A stretch of 64,000 nt of DNA, from assembly GCF_006345805.1 (NCBI RefSeq), contig NC_042998.1, forward strand, positions 146,072,001 through 146,136,000. The letters run 5' to 3'. The notes beneath the pieces were generated by a model that did no database searches, had not been told where the DNA came from, and worked only from the letters and a program-made list of their open reading frames with translations. Positions 49,171-62,610 of this stretch are shown here, in pieces. Each line of letters opens with the position of its first letter. The stretch's first letter is position 1. A program made the translations under genes and the position numbers. Source of the DNA: Octopus sinensis. Lineage: Eukaryota.

Positions 49171-52100
49171 TTTGTATTTTTCCAATAATAACATATATGA
49201 CTTGAGATATTTGTCTTCCCTTAACGTTTGTTCTCCTCTTTAACAATTACATATCTGCTATATAGGATATCTACAGTGGCTCCATAACTACCATGTCAGC
49301 TATAACCCTGGAGCCCGAGTAATCTGTTACAACACTTACCTAGTGTACCTTGTCGTTTAGATAACCTGTGAACTAAACCCCCATATTTTGTTTATATATA
49401 ACAGGCTTCTTTCAGTTTTCACATACCAAATCCACTCACAAGGCTCTGGTCAGCCCAAAGCTACAGTAGAAGACTTGCCTAAGGTGCTATGCAGTGGGAT
49501 TGGGAAGCAAACTTCTTACCACACAACCATACTTGTACCTAAAGATATGGAGCCCGTCACAAATTTGGATGTCATCTTGGCGCAGGAACCATGCTAAAAT
49601 TGTGTGTGTGTGTATTTGTGTACACAACTGTTAGGATCTCTAGCACCACTTATATAAAAATACAACTGTTAATTTCTCTGCTTCATTAGTTTGGGATTGG
49701 CTTAGATTTTGTTTTTATTCTTTGTTTACTTTTGTGTTGAATTATTTTTATTGATCTTCATGTTTATTTAAACATTAACTTTATCTAAATTTACTACTTG
49801 TTCTTTGATAATATTAAAGCAAAAAATTAGTATTTTATTGAAGTCCCACAATTCATATTTAACCACTTCCATATTTGGACACAAGTAGGAACTGTGCATT
49901 TGTATTGTATATACTTAACAGCTACTCTTAAGTGTTTATCATACAGCTGTTCCAGCATTCCTGTTGTTTGTGACAATGATGAGAGATTGTTCAGTTTATT
50001 CAAATCATTTTCTAGTTACTGCTTATGACTCATTTTGTAATACTTAGTAAAATAAGATCTTTCAGGATATATTGTTTCATTTAGTAAATTGTATTTACAA
50101 CACATTTTAAAGAAAAATACTTCTCAGTCTCAAAAACAATATCCACCACGCTCCTCCTCCCTCCTCTTTTTTTAAAAACAGGAAGCAGTGTCATATGAAA
50201 TAGTATCATTGTTGGCAATCCAATAATTGCATTGTTCACAAAAACTAGCTATATCTAGTTTTCACAAGTTGCTCTAAATAATTTTTACTAATTACAAACA
50301 CAATTGTTTGAGGGAAGAAAATAAACAAATGCAATCTATAAAAAGAAAAAAAAAAGGCTAATGGAGCTTCTCAACAAACCAACTATCCTTCTCTCACTCA
50401 TATCATCATTTAACATTCTTGACTTATGCTGGAATGGTTTCAATGGCTGGATGCCCTTCCTAGCACTACATTACAGCATGTACTCAGTGCTTTTCTCAGC
50501 ATTGATGAGATTGCTATGCAGCTTGCAAGACAACAACTTCAAGAGAAGTGGCCTTATGTTAGATGAAGGGTTAAAATATAAAAGAAAGAACCAGAGCAGA
50601 GCAAGTTTCTTGCTGTAGGGAGGACCACATAGCTACTCACATTTTAGAGATGAAGGTGGGATCAGGGTGGAGTGTGGAAGATATAAAAATAATAGTGATG
50701 AGTTATCTGTCAACCCTTACAATAAACCCATGGTAAATTGAAGTGAATAGGGACTGAAGAACTGGAAATTTGGGTGGGTGGGTGGAGGTTGCAAGTATGT
50801 ATGGAAGGGTAAGAGATGGGAATGGGGGAGGCAGTGAATGAAGAACAAATGTTGACTGTATAATAAGTAGGGGAGCCAGGGAAGAGTAGGTGACAACTGC
50901 AGAGATTTAATTGGGTTCAGGGGTGGATAAGGGATGAAGTTTATGAGAGTGAAGATCAGCAGAATAGTGTTGATATTGTGGACAGATGAAAGGTAGAAAG
51001 ATGAGTGATTGAGTAGGCTGAAAAAGTGTAAGGGGGGAGAGAGAGAGAAGGGTAGGTGTAGTGCATGGGAATATTGAGAGATGTGTAATTGTAGAGAAGG
51101 TGAAATGATTTGGTAGCAGGGGAGATGCAATGTAAAATGTAGGCAGAGGACAGTATGAAGGATAGCTTTCAAGTGAAATGGTCCTGGATAGTGAGAAAGA
51201 TTGGTAGTATCAAGGAAAATCTGCAGCTAGAGAAATGATTGGTGGTGGTGGGAGTGTCTTGGAGATGGAATTGGCCAAAGGACCTAGTTCTGCTTATATC
51301 TCTCAATATAAAAGTATATCCTTAATCTCTCTGGGGAATGTTATATACTTACATTGTGAAACTTGTTTAGTAATAAAGTTAAAGGGTTTGGTCTATCTAG
51401 AAATGGATGTGTAATGTATCGTAAACTTACAAGAGGATAAGCTAAATGAAGATTAGCCAAATGGATATTTTGAAGTAATCAGAGGTATCAAGTGTTGCAC
51501 ATAACCACATCAGAGTAGAATCTACAGGAAGAGATAAGTAGATGAGTTAGCTAGTGAGTGTAACTGGTAAAGTTTTGAATAAAATCTGGTATTAGTAACC
51601 AAGAATGTGAAGAAATGAGAAAATGCCAACTAATATAATTATATTGAAATATTTCTCATCAGTCCTGTCAGAGAAATCCCTAGCATGAATGAGTCTGAGG
51701 GACTGTCTCTATCACATCATCTCACCATTTATCAGCTTTTATCATCTCTTTCATAAGGTCCAGCCTCCTTGAGATTAGCTTTCACCATTTCTTCTCATGA
51801 CTGCTTCCATTTGGATTACATCATACTTCATTTATCACTCATCTTCCTAATGTATTTCATGCTCATACCAGTACACTCCTCTGTTTTGCGCACTACATTT
51901 GTTTTCTCTCAATTCATTTGTGCTCTCTCATTGATACACACTAACAATACTCATTTAACAGAACTTGTTTACTTAGTTTCTTTTAAGGTATCACTGTCAT
52001 CCAAATTCAGTGTCCATTTCATTACCTTGAAAGGAGCAGTGAACCAAATTATTTTTGAGGCCTGTTCTTGAACCCTTTGGCTTGGGTGAATGAAGTATAG

Positions 52101-55100
52101 ATATTCTGTTCTTTGAAGCCACTATTTAGGAAAGCCATCTGTTGACTGCTATCTAAATAGAGTTTACAACAATGCTGTGATCATTTATTAGAAGTTTATC
52201 AATGGCATTGTAGCTTTAATTTTTGCTTTTGGATCTACCAAGATTGAAGAGCTTGTCAATATCATCTACACTTCTTAGCACTTTCAGTTTTAAAGCATGA
52301 TGGAAGGCAAATTTAAGCAAAAATTTTATCATACATCTTTTAGATATAGAATAAAGAAACTACAAAAAATCTGACTACATTTGGCTATTACAAGGGAAAA
52401 AAAAGAAAAGCTTTGAATGGAAAAAAAACCATTGAAAGAGCTAAACCCAACTGAAATGGAAGTTAAATGTGTTATATGCAATGCAGAGGATAAAATCTTA
52501 CAAAAAATTACTTAATGAATGCCTCTAAACACCAAATCAGAGGTGTTCAGGAAATGCAAATATGTCAAGAATTACTTGAAGTATAGAACTAAGAATTACC
52601 ACCTTCTTATACCTACTTTTCTCTACTCCATTGCTGAAGGCACTTTCATTATATAAAACCTTTGTTCTGCCACCATAGAAAAGCAGATACAAGATATGCT
52701 TTTGATAATTTTGTGTGTCTATTTCATAACTAGTTAAATTAGCTCCAACATTAAAGTTTTGTAGGTACAAAACCTGTCTACATCATTAAATATGAACTTG
52801 AGTGCTACTTTTGTTTGTTCAACCACTTGTGTGTGTGTATTCAACTTTGAAGGCACAAGCATAGCTGTGTAGTTAAGAAGCTGGCTCCACAACCACATAG
52901 TTTCAGGTTTAGTTCTATTGTGCAACATATTGGGCAAGTGTCTTCCACTGTAGCAACATACCAACCAAAGCCTTGTGAATGGATTTGGTTGAGGGAAACT
53001 GAAAGAAGCCGGTCAAGTGTGTGCATAATTTTAACATCCACTTTTCCTTGCTTGCATGGCTCAGAATTTGTTGAGGCAGATTTTCTACAGCCAGTTGCCC
53101 TTCCTATTGCCAACCTTCGCCTGTTTATGAGAAAGTTATTTCCCCCATGGCCAAATGTTTTCATAGCATTGAAAAAGAATGACACCATTTGATGGTATTG
53201 CTCATTTACAACTTATTACAGTGTTAGTAATTGAACATCACCATCATACAAGCATGTCATTTGTTTGTAATCTTCCATGAAATGTCTGGTTATTGTACTG
53301 CTCATATTTGAATCACTTGGGGAATATTACCTTACTTGGAAACAGGTGTTGGTTGGCAGCAGGAAAGACATCCAAACATAGAAACTCTTCTTCAGCAAAT
53401 TCCATCTGGCCTATGCAAACATGATATTTACAACTGGACACTGTTCATACTCTAATCATATTTTGCTTATTTCTCTTTAAAATTTTTTGTCACACCTTTT
53501 TTTAAGTGCATTTGATTTTGATAATACTCGCGAGTGGTGGGGGGAGGTAACCAGAAGAGAATGAGAGCTGTTAACACATCTTAGTCGTTTGCTGGAAGCT
53601 GGAGTTTCACTCTGTTACTGATTCATCTTACTAGGCATCTGTTGTGTAACTCAAAATCTTAGTTGGTTCAAATTACCACCTAATCTTTAACAAGGTCAAG
53701 ATCTAAGATATCTTTTTTTTTTTTAACACCTGGCATAATTTTACAAATATATGAGATTTTCCTCTTATTTTTAGGGGTTTTATATCTATAATTTTCCTGC
53801 TAAATAAAGTTCTTGAATTTTATTATAGGAAAGGCAAAGATATTCAATAAGGCTACTTAACCTAAAAATCAAGTAATTAACTACTGCAATGAGACGATTT
53901 ACATATTTGTCTTGTAAACAAAAGCATAAATTTCCATCAGTGTGATCAATAAATAATATATTTTAGATAGTGAGTTTTTATTTAGCTCAATATTTTTGCT
54001 CAATCACTCTCATGCTTATTGATAATTGCAACTTCTTGGTAGGTGGTGATGGTGATACTTTGATTAATTAGATGATAATTTATATCCCCTTTTTTTTTTC
54101 TTTCTTGATTGTTTAGCAGCAAATTACCTATTTTCTTCATCGTTTTTTCTTAATTTTCAATAACAATATTTAATTTCACTGCAGACTGTCATGGAATTTA
54201 AGGTATGTTTCATTCATAAGAAAGTTAATTTGTTGCTCCTCTATATCTCTCTAAACCTGTATATATGTCATCCTATCATATTACAAATTGGTTTTACATT
54301 ACTGGCATTATGATCTTTAATTTATTTAATTGGATTTAAATGCTTACAGATACTTAATTGCCAATACCGTAAACATATTAAAACTCTCTTGGTAAATACA
54401 TCCGAGTTCCATAATTATTCTTACATAAGTAGAGCTGATTTTGTCCTCTCTAGTTTCCTAATTAAACTTGTACAGAGTCACTGTGGGAATAGTAATTAAA
54501 ATTAACTACATTTTAAAATTTTAAATATTTTTTATAGAATGAATTAGCTACTTTGAGTTTTTCTCTTTTTTTTCCTCATATGCAGTTTTTAAAAAAAAGT
54601 CTGTATTTTTTTTTTATTCTTCTTTTATTGATCTGCGCGTTGGAAGTTGAGTTTTCTTTCTTTACAGTAAACTATTAAATAGAAAACGATAACAACATAC
54701 TTAGTCCTAACATGTTTATTTTTGAACTATTGATTAATTGGTATTTATTTATTTATTTATTTATTAGCATCAATATTTCTGTTATAAATGTAGCTTGGCA
54801 ACCGGTACCAGATTGCCAGTGAAATTGTTTGCATATTTGATCTACTGCACCAGGTGTGTGGTTCCTGTTATTGGAGCTTTTAGGTTGGTGTGTGCGTGTT
54901 GAACAGAAAACTAGCTGCAAACAACTGGCTTGCTGTCAGTTAGTCTGGCTGGTTTATTATGAACACCAATCCAAAGCCTGGATTTGTTGTCTGGAAACCG
55001 GCTTGTCTCCTCACTATCAGCTTCTTGATAAATTTTCTGCCTTGATCAAACTTTAGCAGCATCTTTCATGTAATTCACCACACCAAGACCATACTGGTGT

Positions 55101-55169
55101 TAATCCAGTAGAAATGCTACTACACCAAATGTTTTCTGCCTTTATTAGTTTCATTTTTATATAAATCCA

Positions 55170-55219
<50 letters not shown>

Positions 55220-55232
55220 TGATTGATTGATT
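55170..55232. repeat. (CT)n followed by (GATT)n microsatellite
   Basis: Read directly. Confidence 0.95.
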
Positions 55233-55728
55233 AGTGTCACTTCTCTCTTTATTAGTAACTTTTTTTTTATTCTCATACACAGGCCATATTTCCTCTTGCT
55301 GGTTGTCCTGTCCTCACTATTCTCTATTAGCGTCTCTCTCTCTCTCTCTCTCTCTCTCCTCTCATTTCTTTTATTTAACTAGCACCGGTCACACAAACCT
55401 GTTAGTAATAACAATAATAATCGTCGTCTAAATATATCTATTTGCGATTATCCATCCCATCCCTTCCCTACTTCATAGTTCAATAACAGCAACAGTTTTT
55501 TTTTTACTTCCTTCGCACTGTTTTCTTATCTCTTCTAAATTTCTATTTCTTTTTTTAAAACACTACTACTACAACTACGCCCTCCTCCCCCTTATCACCA
55601 CCACTTCCATCATCACCATCCTCACCCTGCCACCATCACTTCCCATCGTGGTGGGATTACTCATGCCTGTGTTTCTGGCTTCCTTGTTTAGTATGGGCTG
55701 AATTGGAGTGAATAAGGAACACACCATA

Positions 55729-55775
55729 ATGGACTGGTTAAAAGATCATGTACCTCTGTTAGCAATCAAAGCAAG
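55729..55775 (+). CDS. Candidate first coding exon of an unidentified downstream gene (MDWLKDHVPLLAIKA...)
   Basis: Non-repetitive sequence, ATA-ATG-G start context, AAG|gtaggt donor followed by a T-rich tract; no homologue recognised and no next exon found. Confidence 0.35.
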
Positions 55776-58700
55776 GTAGGTTGTTTGATTGTTGGATGTT
55801 TTTTTTTTGTTTCGTTTTGTTTTTTTTTTTAGTCTGCTTCTCCTGCAACATTTTACCTTTTGTCCAAACGTGTCTTTAGAAAGCCATTGTGTGCAGCTAT
55901 TTTTCTTTTATTTTTAATTTTTCTGTCATGTCATAGTCCACTACAATATATATACACACACACATTCATTACATGTTGGAGTACATATCTGTGAAAGCAC
56001 TGCTAGTCTCCCACGTTAGGTCAGAGAGTGTTAAACAGTCACAAAACTACACATTTTACGTTGTATGTATATGTATGTCTATTTTGTTTGCACCCAGCTC
56101 GCTATCAGTCACTGCAATCATTGTCTTACTGTTCATTTTCCCATAACCCCCACTTGAGGAGTTAGGTAAGCTTTATTACATAGATGGCATTATCCATGTG
56201 TTTTCATGTGTGTCTTGAATCTGTGATTACTTCATATGTGAGGCACAACATGTTCAGATCTAATATAAGTCGTTCTAAGTTTTCTGTGGTGCGTTTCGAC
56301 TATAGTATTGTCAGTGAACTCACAACACACACCTTCTACAACCCTAATACTTTACATACATACTTTATTTTGGTTGAGTCAGTCCTTGCTATTCTGAGTC
56401 TCACCTCCGGACACACAGGGTTTTCAAGCAAGTTATGACTGAAGGAATGATGCACCCACAGGCAAAACAAAGTAACAAGAGATTGGCTCAACCAAAATAA
56501 CATACTAATCTCTACCATGGCATCAACCACTCTTTTTCAGGCAATCAACACTAAATGAATGTGTGTGTATCTGTATGTGCGTGCGTGTGTCTGTATCTCT
56601 GTGTGTGTCTGTGTGTGTGTGTGTCTGTGTGTGTCTATATATATACACACATACACAGGCTGCATTGCAAAATTATTGTTCTCTTAAATCTATCACTTGT
56701 GTGAAGAATATTTAAATTCAATGTCATGATAATTGTATATGGATACTTAGATGATTTACTTAGCCAGATTCATAGGGGTTCTGTTTCCTGAATGAATTTA
56801 AATGACAAAGACTTTCTTTCCTCATTGAATGTCCATCTTTTTGAAATTTAAAATAAATTTGAAATAACATGTCAGATTTATTGCTGTTATTTGGTGGAAT
56901 TCTTCACCACCTCTTCAGCATCATCACCATCTGCAGTTGACTAAGAATCAGTTTATTTTTGTCCCTTAGAAAATTTGAAACTAAAAGGACAACACTATAT
57001 GTAATGAGGCAAGTTATTTAGTTCGCATTCAACTATTTCTGTTAATGTGCTTATGAGCCACATAAGTAGTTTACCCATCCCTTGCTAGAAATACTAACCA
57101 AAATGCATGCTTGCGTGCGTGCGCACACATACACATACATACTATGTGAGAAGGGTAATGTTCTCTTAAATCTATCACATGTGTGAATATTTAATTTCAA
57201 GATAAATCTCCTGGTTCCATCCTTGAGTAGCTCTCTCTCTCTCTCTCTTCAACTTTTCTCTTCCTTTACTCATCTGTTTGAAATTTTTTCATCTTTCATT
57301 CCTCTCCACCTTTTGTCATCAACAGAGCTCCCTTCTGTGAGTTACTCCTTTCTCCGGTCTGCAACCTGTAGCAGTTTAGACAAGAGGATTACCAGAAAAC
57401 ACTGTCACTAACTTAACTCTTCTTGCCTGCCTCATTTCGCTCCTCTTGTATTTTTCTAGATACATATCGCTCTCTTCCTCCCCCTTCTCTCTCTCTCTCT
57501 CTCTCTCATACACACACACACCACACACACACACACACACAACAGATCCCTATTTTTTCCATATAAATGTTCATGTACATGATTTAGGAATACTGATTTA
57601 ACATCCTTGTTATTAGGCAAATTTAAAATAAAAATATATTATCCTTATCTCTGCATTGTTGCCCCTCTATATGCCCCTCCCCCCTTTTTTTTACATTGCA
57701 TTTCTATCTCTCCTCTCTCTCTCTCTTTCTCTATTATTTGCTGTCCTTCTGTATCTGATAATGTCTCCATCTATTTGTTTCCCTCCCCGAATTTATATCT
57801 TCCTCATCATCATCTCTCTCTCTTCCTCTGTATATATATTAGAGAGATAAAGAGGTTTAGGAAATCTAGTCAAGTACCTCAGTCAGCACTCCATACAAAA
57901 TCCAAGCTAATAGAATGTATAGGATGGGAAATTTAGTATTAGTGTTCATTTAATCTGGATGAAGATATACGTATACATCATTATCATCAATATATACAAT
58001 ACACACACACATAATCATTCTCACCCACTCTTGTATTATTTTCTTACTGCTTCTCTATCTTTTCTTCATGCTGCAGTTCTGTGTGTCTCCCTTCTTTAAG
58101 GCTTACGTGTGTGCCCCTTCTCTGAACATACAAGATGTGCATTAGTTGAAAAGGAAATGGATACAAATCTGATTTAAAAGATATGGGAATTTACAAGCAA
58201 TTTTCTAAACTTAACACATATGGTGTTATTTTTATCCACATATAAACCTTCAAAAACTATTTTAAGCTATATATGTTGTAATTTATCCTCCAGGTCTAGC
58301 CCTATGATTGAAACAAGCTTCTGATCAAAAGCATTCCAACCATGACCATCCTGTCTTTGTTCTTGGTGCGATGCACCTTAAAAGCCTCGTTGTCCTATGT
58401 ACTATTTGTTATAAGGTGATAAAGTATGATTCTAGGGAGATTTTGACTGCTATTTCTAGCAGTTAGCATGTTAGAGGCTTCTTTGTTCGCTTGTGTGTAT
58501 GTGTATATTAGTTTACCGATGTGTACGTATGTATGTAGACCTAGTTGCAATTGTTGCAACAAAAATTTTGATGTTAAACAATGTTTAAGTGAAGTTAAGT
58601 CTGTGTGTTTTTGAATGGCTAAAATGTATCATCCACGCTGTAAACTAGTAATGTTATGTAGCAATGCTATCACCTTCAAAGCATGACTTAGTTTTAGTTG

Positions 58701-60989
58701 ACAGATTCCCAGTAAAAAAAACTGCTTTTTGTATGTTCTTTCATTATAGTACTTGTCATTGATTCATTATATTGAAGTTGTACTACCCCTCATATCATGG
58801 TATTCTCTTTCTTTCTCTCTTCCTGTTTTCAAAGTTGAAAAAAAAAAAAACAATCATTTCTTGCCTTTGTATTCATATGACTGTTTGACTGTTTTATCAT
58901 TTCAGCTCCATGAACAACATGACCCAACTGTTTAAGTACATTTTGATAAATTACTCATCCTTGTTGAAGAGGGGGGGAATTTTTTTTTTTTTTTTCCATG
59001 TGTTTTTCTCTTTAAAACTTGGTCACTTTCTTCCATCATCTCCAACTGCTGCTTTAATATTTCTAAAGAGTTATTTTCAACCACTAACAGTCATGACTTG
59101 TATGTGCCCACTTTAGTCTTCAAGGAGGTTTCTGCTACATACATAATTCTTCACTCTTAAAATTTTCAAAGTTTTTTTTTTTTTCAATTTTCATCTTTGT
59201 GTGTGTCAATTTATTGTAGCAGATGTTCAGCTCCAGGACAGTCCTAATCAAGCAGATCCATAATCAAAGATATTTCAGCAGTGACCATCCCCTCTTTTGT
59301 TTCGTGCAGGAAACACAGAAACCACATTACCTAATTTGTTTTTGTAAGTCATGGCTGTATCATAAGAAGTATCCCAACCATATGATTCTAGGTTCAGCCA
59401 CACTGCATGGCACATTAGGCAAGTGTCTCCTACTATAGCCCCAGGCCAGTTAAAGCCTTGTGAGTGAATTTGATGTACAAGAACTGAAAGGATTTTGTGT
59501 GTGTGTTTGTGTTTGTCTCCTTATCTTGACATTACATGATACTTATAAATAAGTGTCACCATCATGCAAGTGGTACCCAATCATTTCCAATGTCCAATGG
59601 AAACATATCTGGTTATGGGGAAATGGGTAAAGGTTGATAGGAAGCGCAGCCAGCCATAGAAAATTCGCTTCAACAAATTTCCATCTGTCCCATTCAAACA
59701 TGGAAATGTGGATATTAAAACAATAATGATGTGTAAGGCTTGGTTTGAGGGAGTTTTCACTGGTATTTCTAATAGGTTGAGCTCCATCATTGGCTCAATA
59801 TTGTATAAGGTTGGTGGAAAAGGTTGGGGTGTACATACAGTTAAAAATGTCCCTGTTAAATGTGACATTGTTATAAAAATGCCTAAAATGTATTTGTTTC
59901 AGACAAAAATTGAAAGATGTATGTTTGAAATCCATTGTAAATCCAATTAATTCGGGGTTTGGTGGGGAACCTGATATTCTTTTAATGAATACAATGTTGG
60001 CAAATATAGGGTATTAGCAACCTTTATTATTCTAAATTTATAGAACAATGTGTGCCATTTATAAACATACATAACATATAACCATTCACTCAGTCATCCA
60101 ATTGCTTTTCATTGTTTTGTTCATGTATATGTAGCCTAGCTTCAAAGTTCTGTGTTGCATGTACTGTCTTGAGATATTACTATAATTTCATAACAAGCGT
60201 TGCTGTGTGTTTAGAAGCTTACCTTACAACCATGTGGTTGCAGGTTCAATTCCACTTCATGGAAACTAGGGCCAACCAATGCCTTGTAAATGAATTTGGT
60301 AGATGAAAACTGAATGGAAGGCTGTCATGTATTTGTTCATGCATCACTTGACAATCGGTGTTGGTTTGTTTACATCCCTGTAACTTTGTCATATAGCGAA
60401 AGAGACTAATAGAATAAGTGCTGGGGTCGATTTGTTTGATTTAACTCATCAAGACAGTGCCCCATTTTGGCCACAATCTAATGGCTAAAACAAGTAAAAG
60501 ATAAAAGAAATAACAGCTTTCACTTTATCTGGTGTGCAGCATTTATTGATGAGCACATTCTCTTTGTGGTAGCCCAAAGGAAATACAAACCAAAAGGTCA
60601 GATGATCAAACAGATTGTGGCCATGTCACAGTGATGGAAAATGAATGATGTGCTTAGTAAACATTTCTTTAATAGTTTATGAAACATGGTTTTGATAAGG
60701 TGGAGTGACTACTCATACATCAACAGCTTCTATGAGCATTTACAGAAATGTTTAATGGTGGAGCTCATTTACATCCATCACATAATGTCAAGGCAAGGAT
60801 ATATATACACACACACGCACACATATATACTCAACAAGCTTCTTCTAGTTTCCATTTTCCAGATCTACTCATGAGGATTTGGTCAGCTCCAGGCTATAAT
60901 AGAAAACACTTGCCCAAGGTACTGCACAATAGGACTAAACCCAAGACTGCATGGTTGGGAAGCAAGCTTCTCAACCATACAGCCGTACC

Positions 60990-61300
60990 TGGCATTCGCT
61001 CCATTGATTATGATAACGAGGGTTCCAATTGATCCAATCTTCAGAACAGCCTGCTTGTGAAATTAATATGCAAGTGGTTGAGTATTCTGCAGACATGTGT
61101 ACCCTTAACATAGTTCTCAGGGAGATTCAGTGTAACACAGAATGTGACAAGACTGGCCTTTTGAAATACAGGTGCTACCAATTTTTGGCAGTTGGATGAA
61201 ATAAAGTGTCTTGCTCAAAGACACAACATGCTGCCAGGAATCAAACACATGACCTTACAATCATGAGCTGAGTACCCAAACCACTAAGTCGCATGCTGTC
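60990..61300 (-). mobile_element. Third SINE-like family (related copy near 24270-24490)
   Basis: Shared block aagtgtcttgctcaa.gacacaac...ggaatcaaa...accacta.g, with a tRNA-like head on the minus strand. Confidence 0.6.
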
Positions 61301-61604
61301 ACAAACACAAAATCACAAATCCTCAAGTATGAACCCAAACTCACTCATGTAAACATACATAAATACTTTTCTATTCCTGTTGTCATATTCTCAGATATCT
61401 TCTTGGAATCTCTTAACCAGCTATCATCATCATTTATGATATAATCACTGTTGAATGTGATTGTGATAATTTGCAGCCAATTCTATAAATTATGTAGGGT
61501 CTAACTTTTTGTCAACCTGAATTTCTGAGGTCTAACACACTTTTGTCCACCTGAATATATATATATAAACACCATTGGGAAGGGCATCCAACTGTAGATA
61601 CTTA

Positions 61605-62002
61605 GGCGTAGGAGTGGCTGTGTGGTAAGTAGCTTGTTTGCGAACCACATGGTTCCGGGTTCAGTCGCACTGGGTGGCACCTTGGGCAAGTGTCTTCTAC
61701 TATAGCCTTGGGTCAACCAAATCCTTGTGAGTGGATTTGGTAGACAGAAACTGAAAGAAGCCCGTCATATATATGTATATATGTGTGCGTGTACATATGT
61801 TTGTGTGTCTGTGTTTGTCCCCCCAACATCACTTGACAACCAATACTGGTGTGTTTACGTCCCTGTAACCTAGTGGTTCAGTAAAAGAGACCAATAGAAT
61901 AAGTACTAGGTTTACAAAGAATAAGTCCTGGGGTCGATTTGCTCGACTAAAGGCAGTGCTCCAGCATGGCCACAGTCAAATGACTGAAACAAGTAAAAGA
62001 GT
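61605..62002 (+). mobile_element. Near full-length tRNA-derived SINE, the dominant family in the window
   Basis: A-box-like TGGCTGTGTGG, B-box-like GGTTCAGTC, central (TA/TG)n, tail ...GACTGAAACAAGTAAAAGA; many homologous copies across the window. Confidence 0.88.
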
Positions 62003-62374
62003 AGATCAGATTGGAGCCTGGTGCAGCCTTCTGGCTCGCCAGTCCTCAGTCAAACCGTCTAACCCATGCCAGCATGGAAAGCGAACGTTAAACAACGATG
62101 ATGATGACCATTACTATTCTTCTTAAAGTTATCACCACTCTTGTTCTGTGTGACCTTTACTGAAATGGATTCTTCAGCAAATATATCTTGGAGTATTTCC
62201 TCTAGTTCCTTACATTCTGGGTTTGTATCCTGCTGAGGTCTACCTTCCATTCTTTTGGGGTTGATAAAGTACCAGTCAAAAACTGGGGTCAATGGTATCA
62301 ACTAACCCCCTCCATCTAAATTTCTGGTCTTGTGTCTAAATTAGAAACCATTATTAAAAGTTATTGAGTTTACA

Positions 62375-62582
62375 AAATCATTAGCACATCTAACAAAATA
62401 CTTAACATTTATTCTAACTATTTATGTTCCAAGTTCAAATTCTGCTGAGATAAACTTTGCCTTTCATCCTTTCAGGGTCAATAAAATAAGTACCAGTTGA
62501 GTACTGGGGTCAATGTAATTGACTTACCCCTCCCTTAAAATTGCTGGCCTTGAACCAAAATTTGAGACCATTTTTATTATCA
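62375..62582 (+). mobile_element. Second SINE family (copies also near 1-55, 5560-5700, 6625-6760, 23260-23350, 37085-37285, 62200-62355)
   Basis: Recurrent core gttcaaattc...ctttgcctttcatcctttcagggtcaataaaataagtaccagttgagtactggggtc and tail ...aaatttgagaccattattat. Confidence 0.78.
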
Positions 62583-62610
62583 TCATAATATTCTTTGTAT
62601 CTCTCTAAAG

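Larger units (their letters stand above)
48718..49390. mobile_element. Penelope-like element terminal-repeat fragment in inverted (foldback) arrangement, inserted in a SINE
   Basis: Arms 48718-48966 and 49023-49254 are reverse complements and each carries a hammerhead-like core; the two halves of a SINE flank it. Confidence 0.7.

Noticed and set aside
50717-51172. 151-aa minus-strand ORF rich in L/H/P/S
   Set aside because: It is the translation of a purine-rich low-complexity tract; no domain or splice structure.
61605-61690. tRNA-like sequence with A/B boxes
   Set aside because: It is a SINE head present in many decayed copies; no complete cloverleaf could be built.
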